DNA from: Gracilinanus agilis
Lineage: Eukaryota
Reading direction: 5' to 3'
Length of the DNA: 64,000 bases
Assembly: GCF_016433145.1 (NCBI RefSeq)
Contig: NC_058131.1
Span: 487,165,942 to 487,229,941 of the forward strand
Under the pieces are notes generated by a model that was not told the origin of the DNA, made no database searches, and was given only the letters and a program-made list of their open reading frames with translations. Within the stretch, counting starts at the first letter, position 1; each line of letters opens with the position of its first letter. Positions 25,790 to 37,622 of this stretch are shown here, one piece after another. The position numbers and the translations under genes are program-made.

Positions 25790-25936
25790 GTTTTAAAACT
25801 TATAATTGAGGTAAATGCTTAGTTTCATTTAAAGGTTAGTAAAAACGGATTTTTTTCCTTATCCAAGTGTATAGGCTCCTTGAAATATATGCATGAACCC
25901 CTTGGGGATCCATGAGCCCCAAGTTAAGAAACCTTT
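25790..25936 (-). mobile_element. Charlie4-like hAT terminal fragment
   Basis: aatgcttagtttcatttaaaggttagt...ggggatccatgagccccaagttaagaaacc; the terminus matches that of 51006-51241. Confidence 0.6.
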
Positions 25937-26049
25937 TCTATTCCCTACAAGATATGTACTGATTTATACCTAGGTGGTCTCCCCTATGTGTATATTCCCT
26001 GAGGTCAGTACCAGTTTTTGTATTCCCAAGGAACTTAGATGACTCTGGG

Positions 26050-26220
26050 GATGGCCATGTCTGGAGATGAGTGGTTTGGGGTTCAAATCTGCCCTCAGAT
26101 ACTTTCTGGCAGTGTGACCCTAGGCAAGTCATTTAATCTCTCTTGCCTAAGCCCTCACCACTCTTCTGCCTTGAAATTAATACTTAATGTCAATTCTTAG
26201 ACAGAAGATAAAGGTTTAAT
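26050..26220 (+). mobile_element. SINE1_Mdo-type SINE, 5'-degraded
   Basis: ggttcaaatctgccctcagatac...gcctaagccctcaccactcttctgccttg...cttagacagaagataaaggttt. Confidence 0.8.
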
Positions 26221-26982
26221 TTTTTAAATTGTATTTCCAATCATTAATATGATGTCTGACACATAATAAACTCCCAGTCAATGCTTGTTGATTGATGGAC
26301 TGTTTTTGATGGTCTGGAGCCATCCCTTTACTAATAAAGACCTTAAATTTCAATGAGTTGCTCTTATTAAAAAAAAATCAGCACTTGGTGTCTTCTTCTG
26401 ATGATTGGTCTAGCTAAATGTAACCATTTGTTCTCAAATAAATTATGCACAGCATATGGATAGGCTTTTTTGAAACCTTTCTGACTTAGTTAAGACCTGA
26501 AAGACCATGTGCTTCACTGCCAATAGAGCTTTTGCAAAAAGCAGGTTTACTTCCTAGTTAACTACATTGAAGTAAGATAAAAATTTAGTAGAGAAGGTGC
26601 CAGGTGAAAAACCTGCCAAGATGAGTGCTAGAGAACACAAAGTGATCCCCCAAAAGACAAATTAAAATTGATGCTGAGTGTAATGAGCATCTCATTTTTA
26701 AAATTTCTAATATAAACCAGAATATTATTTTGTGCACTGCACCACCTGAAATCTGTCTTTCTTGGCTAGAATTAACAGTAGTACCAGATTACAAGAAAAA
26801 TTCAAGCATTCTTTCAATCTCCAAATCCCATCATTTATTAGTGAAGGGGTTCTTGCTTCTGTCACTTTCCCCAACTTGAAATCTGAATCTTTATCATAAA
26901 AGGGGATTAATGTTTCATCAGAGGATATAGGTTTAGAGCTAGGAGAGACCTTAGAGGTCACTGACTTCAACATCCTTATTTT

Positions 26983-27164
26983 TTTTTAAACCCTTAACTT
27001 CTGTGTATTAGTTCCTTGGTGGAAGATTGGTAAGGGTAGGCAATGGGGGTCAAGTGACTTGTCCAGGGTCACACAGCTGGAAAGTGTCTGAGGCCAGATT
27101 TGAACCTAGGACCTCCGGTCTCTAGGCCTGACTCTCAATCCACTGAGCTACCCAGCTGCCCCCT
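26983..27164 (-). mobile_element. Young full-length SINE1_Mdo-type SINE with TSD, nested in an older MIR-like element
   Basis: Reverse strand reads ggggcagctgggtagctcagtggattgagagtcaggcctagagaccggaggtcctaggttcaaatc...; TSD aa(c/t)atccttatttt at 26969-26982 and 27165-27178. Confidence 0.92.
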
Positions 27165-27721
27165 AATATCCTTATTTTATAGGAGAGGAAACAAGTTCAA
27201 AGAAGACAAGCAACTTGCCCAAGAATGCAATTTGAACTCAGACCTTATGTCCTCAGAAAGCATCCTTTGCTCCATATTACTTCTGTGTCATCTTGGCAAC
27301 CTTTCATTTTGCAAATGAGGAAACTGAGACCCAGAGAACTTATATGACTTTGCTAATGTCCCCATAAGTATATTGAATGCTAGTGGCAAGATTTGAACTT
27401 TTGTCTTCTGACCCCAGCTTTCTTTCCACTGAATCACATAGCCTTCTTATCAGTATACCAGAGATCATTTTGTTCCTGCTGAAGCAGCGAAGCTTAGATT
27501 TAATAGCAGAGCTCATGGAGTCCAGTCTGTTAACATTTATTAGGTGCTAGTGTCAGACACTGTGCTAAATGCTGGGGATAACAAGAGGAAGGAAGCAAGA
27601 AAGGAAGAAAAGAAAGAAGGAAGTCCTTCCCCTCAAGGAGCATACAATCTAGTTTTGTTGTTCAGTCATTTTTCACTCATGTCTGACTCTCTGTGATCCC
27701 ATTTGGGATTTTCTTGGAAAA

Positions 27722-28158
27722 TGAAGTGGGGGGAAAAGTCACGAATATGCTACTCTGTGTCTGCTGTTGATGTCACTGATGAAGCAGATGATAAGAGAGG
27801 CATAGTTTCCCATGAAATCAAGAACCAGGCAAATGCTTTGGAAGCCTGTAATGATGATATTAGTAGTATGTAATTAGAATTTTGTACCCTTGAACTTGAT
27901 TCTGAGCACCCCACTCTCCTCTTGTCATTACATGCTAATGTAGGCAGGATATAAATTGCGTAGTTCCGCCTCTTGCTCTCTTCTCTTCCTGACAGGGCTT
28001 TGGTGGAGTGGTTCTTTTAAATAGGCAAGAAGATCTTGGGCATATGATTTTATTTTGTTAGCTAATTATTCTTTTTATTCCTTTACTTCAAGTGATTATT
28101 AATAAATCTTATAAAAATATAATAGTTGGAGTATTGGATATTAATTTTTAATCTTACA
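27722..28158 (+). mobile_element. ERV LTR-like element, possibly 5'-incomplete
   Basis: TG start, TATA-like gatataaattg, downstream aataaa, ends ...ttttaatcttaCA; no TSD found. Confidence 0.6.
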
Positions 28159-28224
28159 ATAGCTCTCCTTCCCCCAACCCCATAATCATTTTAGGTAGGT
28201 AGGAGAAATGATATTATTCCCATT

Positions 28225-28450
28225 TTTGTTGTTTAGTCATTTAGTCATGTCTGATTCCTCATGACCCCATTTGGGGTTTTATTGGCAAAGATCCTAGGAT
28301 GGTTTCCTCCTCTAGCTTATTTACAGATGAGGAAACTGAGGCAAACAGGGTTAAGCGACTTGCCCCGAGTCACATAACTAGTAAGAATTTGAGATCCAAT
28401 TTGTCCTCAGAAAGATGAATAGTCTTCCTAAGTCCAGGCCCAGCACTCTA
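28225..28450 (-). mobile_element. Mar1-type SINE with RTE-like tail
   Basis: catgaccccatttggggttttattggcaaagat...tttacagatgaggaaactgaggcaaacagggttaag. Confidence 0.88.
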
Positions 28451-28639
28451 TCCACTGAGCCACCTTGCTATCTAAGAGGGGAAGACAAAACATAAAAGAC
28501 AGCTGAATGGAATGGAGGTACAGAATTAAAGAAATTTTATACACACACACAAATCACTTCAACTACTACTTTTTAAATGTAGTTGATTTTCTGATGAAAG
28601 ATAAAATCTCTCCAAAGGTCTAATAGCTAAATTAGACTG

Positions 28640-28832
28640 CAGCATATGGCAGGAAGTGTAAAATGCCACCCTTAACTGCAGGTAGGATGTGGGTGGGTGG
28701 AATGCAATTATCCAATTTAGAATTAGCTGGGGATAGCAGGGTTTAATACCTTACCTTTGTGCAAAGCAGCACGAAATCCATAATGAATACAAGCACTCAG
28801 GACCTCTGGTCTTTCGGTCATTATTAAAAGGT
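28640..28832 (-). mobile_element. AmnSINE1-like (DeuSINE) ancient SINE, Deu domain and 3' part; weak similarity may extend to ~29020
   Basis: Collinear blocks match the reverse complement of the AmnSINE1 consensus as I recall it: caggaagtg, aactgcagg, gaatgcaattatcc, aatttagaattagc, gggtttaatacc-tacc-ttg, taatga, acaag...tcaggacctc. Not database-verified. Confidence 0.72.
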
Positions 28833-29959
28833 AACAGGACTATGCTTTTAGCTGCCTGCTGCTGCGGTCACAGTGTTGACTCACCTGTTGGCCAGTGACT
28901 TCACTGGAAGCCATGTGGTTAGAAGGAACACCTTGCTCAACCCCCTCATTCTTAGGAATATGAGCGACTGCTGCCTCCCTTTCAGCAGCATCCAGTTATC
29001 CTTCCCAGTATCCATTCATGTTTCACAAACCCTTAAATAACAGATGACAGCAATATAATAAAATCAGCACTCTCTGAGAAAGGCAAATGCCATTTACAGA
29101 ACTCCTTGCCCCATTTCTGACGGACCTTCCAAATCCGCTTTTGTTCCCCTATCCATATACTGACCTTGCTTTCCTTTGTATCTATTTTCATTTTTTAATT
29201 AAATATGTTACAATACTAGAACATTATAAAATGTTATGTAATAATACATGAAATTAACATGTATATATTAAGGAGGACTTTTTATAGCATTGACCAATCC
29301 AGATGTCCTTAGTAATGGAGAATGAACAAATAAAGAGGAAGGAAAAAGCAGTTCAGCAAAAGTAAGCGTTATATCACCTAAGTCTGACCATACGTGCAAT
29401 GATCTATACCCACAGCTGCCCCTGTTCCCACCTTGGTAAAGAGAGGGAGGTTTGCATCTTTTTTCAAGATCATTTATTTAATGGGTAGTCTTCTCTTTTT
29501 AGTTAACTGAATGCTGAGAAGAAACAGAATGGAACATCATGCTTTCCCTTGATTAATATCCAAATGTACTGAAACACAGAGGATGTGCCTCCTTCTTCAA
29601 ACTGTATGTGTGTGTTAAATATTCACCAATATTAGGCTTAAATGACAAGCAAAATATGTCCTCTGTGGAGGGGGAAAAGTGGAAATCTTTCATTTTTCCA
29701 ATTGAGGTACTTTATTTAAGTTAGATTTTTACGAATGTGCAAGGGGAGCTCTTTTTACATAGCAATTTTTTTAATTATAAAAACAACTCTCAGCCAAATG
29801 TGTCAGTTCTGTCAACTTCAAAAGAGAGTTAGAATGAGGCAACATGATTAGATGGAAAGAGTGCTGGTCCTAGAGTCAACAACCTTGGATTTGAGTCCCA
29901 GCTTTGACAATTATTAGCTATGCAAATCCTTTATCTTTTGATCCTCAGTTTCTCCATCT

Positions 29960-30195
29960 TTAAAATGTTAGATGATTCAGTGGAGAGAGTGCTGAGCTTG
30001 AAGTCTGGGAGACTCATTCCTGAGTTTAAATCCAGCCTCACACACTTACCATCTTGGACAAATCCCTTGACCCTGTTTACCTTAGTTTCCTACATCTATC
30101 AAATGATAGGGGAAAGGAAGTATCAAATCACCGAAGTATCTTTGACAAGAAAACCCTAAATGGGATCACAAAGAGTTGGACAAGAATGAAACAAA
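29960..30195 (+). mobile_element. Mar1-type SINE with RTE-like tail
   Basis: Head and CORE followed by agtatctttgacaagaaaaccctaaatgggatcacaaagagttggaca. Confidence 0.85.
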
Positions 30196-32359
30196 AAACC
30201 CCAACAGATATGAGAATAATCCTTATTTCTCTTACTTGCCTAAAATGCTTGTTGTGGAGACGGAAATGTGTTATTAATATCTTCATTCCAGGCCTCTGCA
30301 TCATTTGCCTAGTTCTTGACTTCAAGGATAATCTTATTCCTTTTATCTTCTACTTCAGCAGTGACACTGACAGAAGACTTGAAGTATCCTATTCTTGACT
30401 TTTTTCAACCTGGTATGTAGGCTAAAGTTTGATTGTCCCTCCCTCTGAGGTAGCTACCTCTTTAAGATATCAATGTCATTAGATTGTTTTAATCTTGTTT
30501 TCTATTGTTTTAATCTTGTTTCTATATGTCTGGATTAGAATGTTTCAGTCCCTTTCTTAGGGAACCTGTTCTCCCGTTCTATTCTTTGGACATTAAAGAA
30601 CATTTTTTTCCTCTGAAAATTTTGCTTTAATATTCTTCCATTGCTCCAGGCCATTGCTTCCAGTCATATCATCTGAAATGGAGAATTTTTCTTTTCCTTT
30701 AATAATATTATTACTTTGAAGATATTTATAAGTACTAGGATCATATGCCATGCTCATCTAAAATGCTTTTCGAAATTCAGCTAAAAAATGCTTTTTGAAA
30801 TTATATAAATTTAGCACCTACTATCTTTCTTTAAATGATTTCATGTTTATCTCTTACATCACTACTATTCTTCATTGTAGTTTTTTTTTCTTTCTGATTT
30901 TTCACCATCTTTCCTAAACAGAGGAGTTCAAATACCTGATAGTTCAGGCATCTCAGTGAGTCTTTCTAATTGTGAAAAATGAAATCTGGCAAGAGGTTTA
31001 CTTTAAAAATATCAGGTTAATCTGTTTTGCTTTTCCAGAACAAATAGATAAAATATCAAAATAGGAAACTGTCAAGATACTTTCTTGTAATTTGTATAGA
31101 TTTTTTCTCAGTACCTTGCTTAAAATAATCCTTTTGAAAGCTGAAGTAATAAAACTACTGTATTTCTGAGAATTAAAAAAAAAATCCCAATTGGCTTCCT
31201 GGCTACTACTTAAAGTAAGATCGCCTATGCATTCTGGTTTTGAATGAAGATACAGCAAGGGGACTTCTGTAGGGGTTGAGTCCAAGAGATTTCAGTTGTT
31301 GATTGATAATCTCTGTTTCTATAATATCTTTTTAAAATATCAAGGACTTGAAGGGTTTGGGGTTCAGGAGGAGAAATCAGCATTATATATTTATTTAAGA
31401 AAAATAAAACCCAACACGAACCCAAACTGAAACAAAATCTTTTAATTATGCTATTGGGGCAAGCATGAAAGTCAGATGCAAAGCTTCCAATGCTAGCAGT
31501 ATCCCACTGATATAGCAAAAGACCTGCCCAGAAGTGTCTTTTACATGAGGTTTTGGTTGCAAGCTTCAGTGAGTGTTATAAAGAACAAAGACTAAGACCA
31601 ACCTGCAGTGGGGAAGGGGCAAAGATCTGCTCTTCCACAAAAGATGCCTTTGCTCATCAGAATTGTCTCGTAGGAATCATAGATAGGTGGAACTAGAATG
31701 CAACATGGAGACCACTGAGCCCCACTCCCTAATTTTATAGATGAGAAAATAGCACCAGACAGATTATGTGATTTGGTTTCATGGCTAATAATCAGAGCCA
31801 TTTCTAAGATATTTCTTTTGACACAGTCCCATGTGATGTTTAGAATTAAAGATGAAAGTCATCTAATACAACTTTATTATTTTATTGATAAGGAAACTGA
31901 CTCCCACAGAGGTTATGTAATGGGTGGTGCTTCTTTGTATCCCTACATTTAGCACACTGCCTGGTACATAATGAGTGCTTAATAAATGTATATATATGTG
32001 GCTTCTAGCTAACACAGTAGATAAACAGATCACTGGACCTAGAAACAAGAGAAGACCTGAGTTCAAAAATGACCCCAGTTATTTACTAGCTTTGTGACCC
32101 AGAGCAAATCTCTTAACCCCTGCCTCAGTTTCTTCATCTGTGAAATGGGAGTAATAATAGACCCTGCCACCCAGGATTTCTATTAGGATCAAATAAGTTA
32201 ACATTTGTAAAGAACTTTTCCAATCTGAATATACTGTATGCTACCTATTAATACTTATCATCATATAAAATATAATCTAAAATCCTAATTTACAGTAAAA
32301 GAACCTTGATATATGGGCAAAATACCAACATAGCTTCTAATTTCCCTCTCTTCATTTCC

Positions 32360-32780
32360 TTTTTTACATGTCAATACATTTTTTAATAATCATTTTCTTA
32401 CATCTTGCAATTCTTGCTCTTTTTTCCCTTCCAATCCCCTGCTCCCCAAAATGGCAGATATTATGATATATGTTGTCCATGTGTTATCATACAATACATA
32501 TTTCTACATTCATCAGCATGAGAGAAAAATTAATGGAGGAAATAAAATGAAGAATGGCATGCTTTAATCTGCATTCAGACTCTATCAGTTCTTTTTAAAT
32601 CGTGAGTCCCTTGGAACTGTTCTGAATACTTATCTTGTTGATAATAGTTGTCCTTCACAGTTGATCATCATATATTATTGTTGTTACTATGTACAACATT
32701 CTCCTGGTTCTGCTGACTTCACCTTGCATTACTTCACATCAGTCTTTCCAGTTTTTTTGTGATTGTCCCTCTCTCCAGTT
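32360..32780 (-). mobile_element. L1 3' UTR fragment
   Basis: gaatggcatgctttaatctgcattcagactc..., actatgtacaacattctcctggttctgct. Confidence 0.82.
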
Positions 32781-32934
32781 CTTAATTCCATACTTCCCAT
32801 AACATTTGAGGCTTGTAGAAACAGAGAGGAACTATGATGAAAATATCAAGGTCAGACACTGTGTTAAACAGTGAGGATTCAAAGAAAGGCAAAAAAAAAC
32901 TTGTTCCTGTCCTCAAGGAGTTCCCACTCTAGTA

Positions 32935-33278
32935 CAGTGATGGCAAACCTTTGACACGCATGTCAGCACTGACACATGTAGCCATTTTCGATGACACGTA
33001 GCTGCATACAGAGAAGTATAGGGCCGCATGCCGAGGATGAAACATTTGCTATAGTATAGTGTAGACACTCTGTGCACTATAGATGACAATTCTACCTATA
33101 TTAATATACCTATTTTGGTTTATTAAATACGGTTATATATTACAATTATACATTTTTGTTATTTAAACTATAAATATAGCGAAATTATGTTTTTTTTTTT
33201 CTCCAACTGACACACCACCCGAGTTATGCTCAGTGTTTTGGCGAATTTTGACACACCAAAGCAGGTTGCCCATCACTG
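32935..33278. mobile_element. Non-autonomous hAT MITE (344 bp), OposCharlie1/OC1-like
   Basis: 16-bp TIRs cagtgatggcaaacct (32935-32950) and aggttgcccatcactg (33263-33278) match at 14/16; 8-bp TSD ctctagta/ctctagtg; repeated subterminal GACAC motifs; interrupts an L2 remnant. Confidence 0.9.
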
Positions 33279-35798
33279 CTCTAGTGGGACAGACAGTGTG
33301 CAAAAAGTTGGGTGTATGAGATCTACAGTGAAAATGGCAGATAATCCCAGGCAGAAGTAGGAATGTGGGACTTGGAGGTGAGGGGAATTAAGGAATTGCC
33401 TACAGCAAAAGGTGAGGCTGGAGCTGAGTTTCAAGAGAAGTCAGGAGGCAGAGTGGAAAGAAGCACTTCATTTAAAGAATGATCATCTACCCTATCTTAA
33501 TTCTTGGCTGTGGAAGAATCTGTGTCACCACCTTAATTCTAGACAGAGTTCCCTTCCCCCAGTCCCCTGGAGTGCTCATATTTTTCTCTAGCTTTCAGGA
33601 GCAAGGAGTGTTATTAAATGATAAGGGGGCTTGCTTTCTGGTTTCATATTGTGAGAGCCTGGGAAACAATACATGTTTTGACATATTAGACAGCATGTTA
33701 GCTCTGATTATGAGAACTCCATATCAGAAAGGAAATCATATGACAGGACTGCTGTGTCTGGGAAGCTGCAGTTCTTTCCAGGGGGGTTATTAATGGATCT
33801 TCATACCTTTGAGGACAGATTGCCAAGTCTGGACGATGAGATAATTGGAGATAAGCCATTTATCATAAACAGAGTGTCCACACCTAAGGGCTGGTGCTTA
33901 TGTCTGTGGCCCTAAGCAGGTTTCAGACTCTTTGAACACAAGAAACCTGCAATAGTGATAGGAGATGATTTGCTGCAGGTCACTGTGAATCATCACCCAT
34001 TGGCAATCGTTGGCATTGTGGCATGGTGGAAAGAACCTGTATTCAGGGAGGGAGATAGCAGTGAGAAGATTTATAACTTGAGTCCTAGCTTAGCCACTGG
34101 CTAGCTGTATAACCCTGGGCAAGTCATTTACATTCTCAAAACCTAAATTCCTTCATCTATGAAATGGGGATCATCATATTTGTCCTGGTCTACTTCACAG
34201 AAGTTCTTTGATGATCTATTTTTTTTTAAGGTGAAAACATTTTGAAAAGCTAAATAACAAAAAGGTAAGATTGCATTGTTGTTTGGTATGTTTTTAAATA
34301 ACTCATTGTCCAAGTGGCATAATAGAAAGAATATGGAATTTGGGGTCTGAGCACATAGTTTCAAATCCTCACTGTCCTATTTATTGACTGAGTGACCCTA
34401 GACATGACACTTCTCTAGATGTGTTTCCTCATCTATAAAGGGAAGAGGTTGGACTAGATGCTCCCTAAGGGTTGCTCCAATTTCAAATCTTATGATATTG
34501 ACAGTATAGTCAACCCTGATTTCAAAAACACTGGGATTCAAGTCTCTCCTCTGTGTTATTCTAGGTAAGTCACTTAACCTCTCATTGCCTCCAAGAACAC
34601 TTTAAAATAAGTTATAGAGCAGGTAGGAATCTGCTTTGATACAAGGATCTTCCTGTGTATTTGTGCATATGTGTGTAGGGGGATTAAAAGGGACTTGTTA
34701 CTCCCTAGAACACATCTTATTATAGCTAATATAGTTAATATACTTTCTGAGTTTCTTCTTTCCTTTAAAATATAATTTAGAATTCAGCTCTTTCAGGGTA
34801 TCTTCCTTGATTCATTCTATATAGAGAGTTCTTTCACTTTGTTGCCATCTGCTCCTCTTTGCACTATTCAGTCATCATCTGAGTTATTTTTAAAAGTACT
34901 TTTAAAGTTTTTTTTTTTTCAAATTTCTTTTCTGTATCTTTAACTATACTAGAAGCTGCATGAAGAAACAGTATATTCTTGTTTTCTCATTCTCTATCCT
35001 TTCTACTCTATCTTATTATAATTTAGTTACCCAGTATACTGTTTTTGCCTTTTTAAATCTAACCTTAGATACTTACTAGCTATGTGACTCACGACCATGA
35101 TCTCTGATCTTTTGAGTCTTAATTTACTCATCTATAAAATGGAAATTTTACACTAATAGTATCTACTATGGAACATAGAATGAGAAAGGATTTCAGAGGC
35201 AGTGACCAACATTCTCATTTTACATGTCAATTTGGAAAAACACAGAACCACTAAAGTATTCAGCAAAATGAAATCTTTTATCAGGAAAGAGACAAGTCCT
35301 TAAATATTGGCCACCACATAGAGTCCAGTACTAAATACCACACAAGTCAAAAGGCTGGGGCCTCTGAGGACAGTCTTTGAGAAAAGCACCATGCTAGATG
35401 ATTCTCCAAAGAACAATAAAATTTAGGGACTTAAATACCTTTTGGGGAGCCAAGGATTTGGAAGTATGATTGATTGGCTTTACAATGGCTACAAGGAAAT
35501 TAACTGCCAAAGACAGGATTATCAGGGAGAGGCTGTTACTTTACAATGGATACTAAAGAAAGAGTCCAATCAAGGGCTTGGCTTTCATGTAGAAGTCTTT
35601 GCTACTATGGGAGAAACTACTAAAACAAAAAGGGTATTTAATATTTGATTATATCTACTACTCTCACCTAAACTGGGATGTTAAGTACTTTAAGGTCTAT
35701 TGTTCAGTCTGAAATTAGGTCAGTCTCAGACTTTCCTGAAGGTATTTTTCCAAGTGTAAGAAATAAAATTTAGTTATTATAGTTATATCTTTAAAATA

Positions 35799-36365
35799 TG
35801 TGGCCGCCAGGAATCAACAATTCAGGTTGATTCCGTAATTAAATCAGACCCAAGTCAGCATCGGGTTGAGGAGTTTATTTACAATCAGGAAAGTGAGTAG
35901 GGATAAAGAGAAGAGGGAGGTAGAAGACTAAATAAATGAAGCTGTAAGCCGCAAGGCCCAACAGCCGGATAGGCAGAGTTTAGAATTGGCCAACTAGGCC
36001 AAGGAAGCCAGCCTAACTTACCCACGTGACAATACAGAGTGTAATCTGTCTGTGGTCTCAGGAGATGCTTCTTCTTCCAGTTCCACACGGCAACTCCTCC
36101 CACAGGAAGTTCACTCACTTACTTAAAGAGAATGTGTCTTTCATCACTTCCTGTGGTCCACCTCTAATTCAAATGGACAAATGGCAGTTTCTACATTGAT
36201 TTGGACTGCCCAAAGGGCAGTCCCTTATTCTTGATTTGTTACTTATTGTCACGTGTGGGTAACTCTCTCCCCTCCCCACTAAGGGAGGTGGGAGTGACAT
36301 CATTAGCACGCCTGTGTTGAGTAGATTCTTGACTATTAAATGGGATCTGGCTAATTCTATTTACA
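35799..36365 (-). mobile_element. Solo ERV LTR (approximate right end)
   Basis: TG...CA termini, minus-strand AATAAA (tttatt ~35874-35879), abrupt CpG-richer composition; TSD not identified. Confidence 0.72.
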
Positions 36366-36469
36366 CACAAGAAACAGGGGCAAACTTGGGGTTCCTAATA
36401 ACCCATTTGACACAGATGAAGAAACTGAGGCTTAGAGATGTTGTCACTTGATCTTTCAGGAACTCACTA

Positions 36470-37592
36470 ATTCTTTTTTTCTAAACTCTTACTTTCCATC
36501 TTAGAATCTTTGCCAGGTATTGGTTCTAAGGTAGGAAAGAATAAGGGCTAGACAATGGGGGTGAAATCACTTGCCCAGGGTCTGTTATGAGCAAGGAGGG
36601 GGCTTAGGTAGATGTTAATGATGGAATATAAATAGGGTGAGAGACTCTAACTGCAGCTAAATATGAGATTAGATTTGTACCCCACCAGCTGGGATATGTC
36701 TCCTTTAAAAGCCCAAGATTCTCTGCCAAAAACCCTGGGCCTTAGAACCAATCCAGCCAGGCAGTTGGAAATGTTTCCAGGAAGTAGAGTGAGACTTCCT
36801 GAAACCTTAAGTTGATGATGGATCACACTGGCTTGGAAAGGCTAAGCTAGCTAATGATGTTAACCAGATCTGACTGCTAAAGACTAATTGTTGTTGGTAA
36901 GGTAAGCAATTGGCTTCAAAATGGTTTAGGCTTTAAGGTTAAACAGGGTTTATTTGTAACCAAACTGAGGGTAGGTAAAAGGAGTAGGAAGGTGGGTGAA
37001 GGGAACCCTAAAGATCTTGCCTAAATATTTAACGCTAAATAAATCTTGAAAGCCAAGTTGTTGTTCCTAGGTGCAGAGTAAGAGAAGGCCTTGAGGGCAC
37101 TTCCCAACTGTTGCTTTGTAACTGAGCCCAGAGGCTATCAGGCCCCTGCGTCAGATGCTCTTGTTCTTGATAGTAGCTGTTGACACTAGCTTGAAATATA
37201 AGGTTATTGGTATGCCAATGGGGTATTGAATTTGGCTAGCAATGAAGGTTGTCCCTGCCTGCCAAACCAAATCTTCCCAAACCCCGAAGGGCTCAGAACC
37301 ATCACCTCCTCCCTAACTCTTGAGTGAGAAAGAGAAAGAAGTGAAGACACCCCCCCTGTTTGTGGACCCCCTTTTATACCCTGTCCTTAACTGTCACCCT
37401 GGCACATGCCCTGGGTGCTCTGCCAAGTTCTGTGTTCCAAAGTGGCATACTGCTAACTTGTACCCACAGAAAATGGCTACCCATTTCTGCATATCACAGG
37501 TCACATAGCTAGGAAATGTCTGAGGCCAGATTTGAACCCAGTTCTTCCCATCTAGTCTTGACTCTAAATCCACTGAGCTACCTAGTTGCCCC
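36470..37592 (-). mobile_element. SINE1_Mdo-type SINE split by an LTR (halves ~36470-36582 and 37499-37592)
   Basis: ...cacttgcccagggtc | ggtcacatagctaggaaatgtctgaggcc... rejoins into a contiguous SINE. Confidence 0.9.
36583..37498 (-). mobile_element. Solo ERV LTR, 916 bp, with a 4-bp TSD (ERV1-like)
   Basis: tgttatga...atatcaca termini; TSD ggtc at 36579-36582 and 37499-37502; minus-strand TATAAAA (37372-37378) and AATAAA (36949-36954). Confidence 0.92.
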
Positions 37593-37622
37593 CTGAATAA
37601 GAATGACAGAGCCAATAACCAA

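Noticed and set aside
26983-27164. tRNA-like A/B-box sequences as tRNA genes
   Set aside because: They are heads of tRNA-derived CORE-SINEs, continuous with the CORE and tail, with no complete cloverleaf.
30483-30523. 21-bp tandem duplication attgttttaatcttgttt(t)ct x2
   Set aside because: An ordinary slippage duplication with no further structure.
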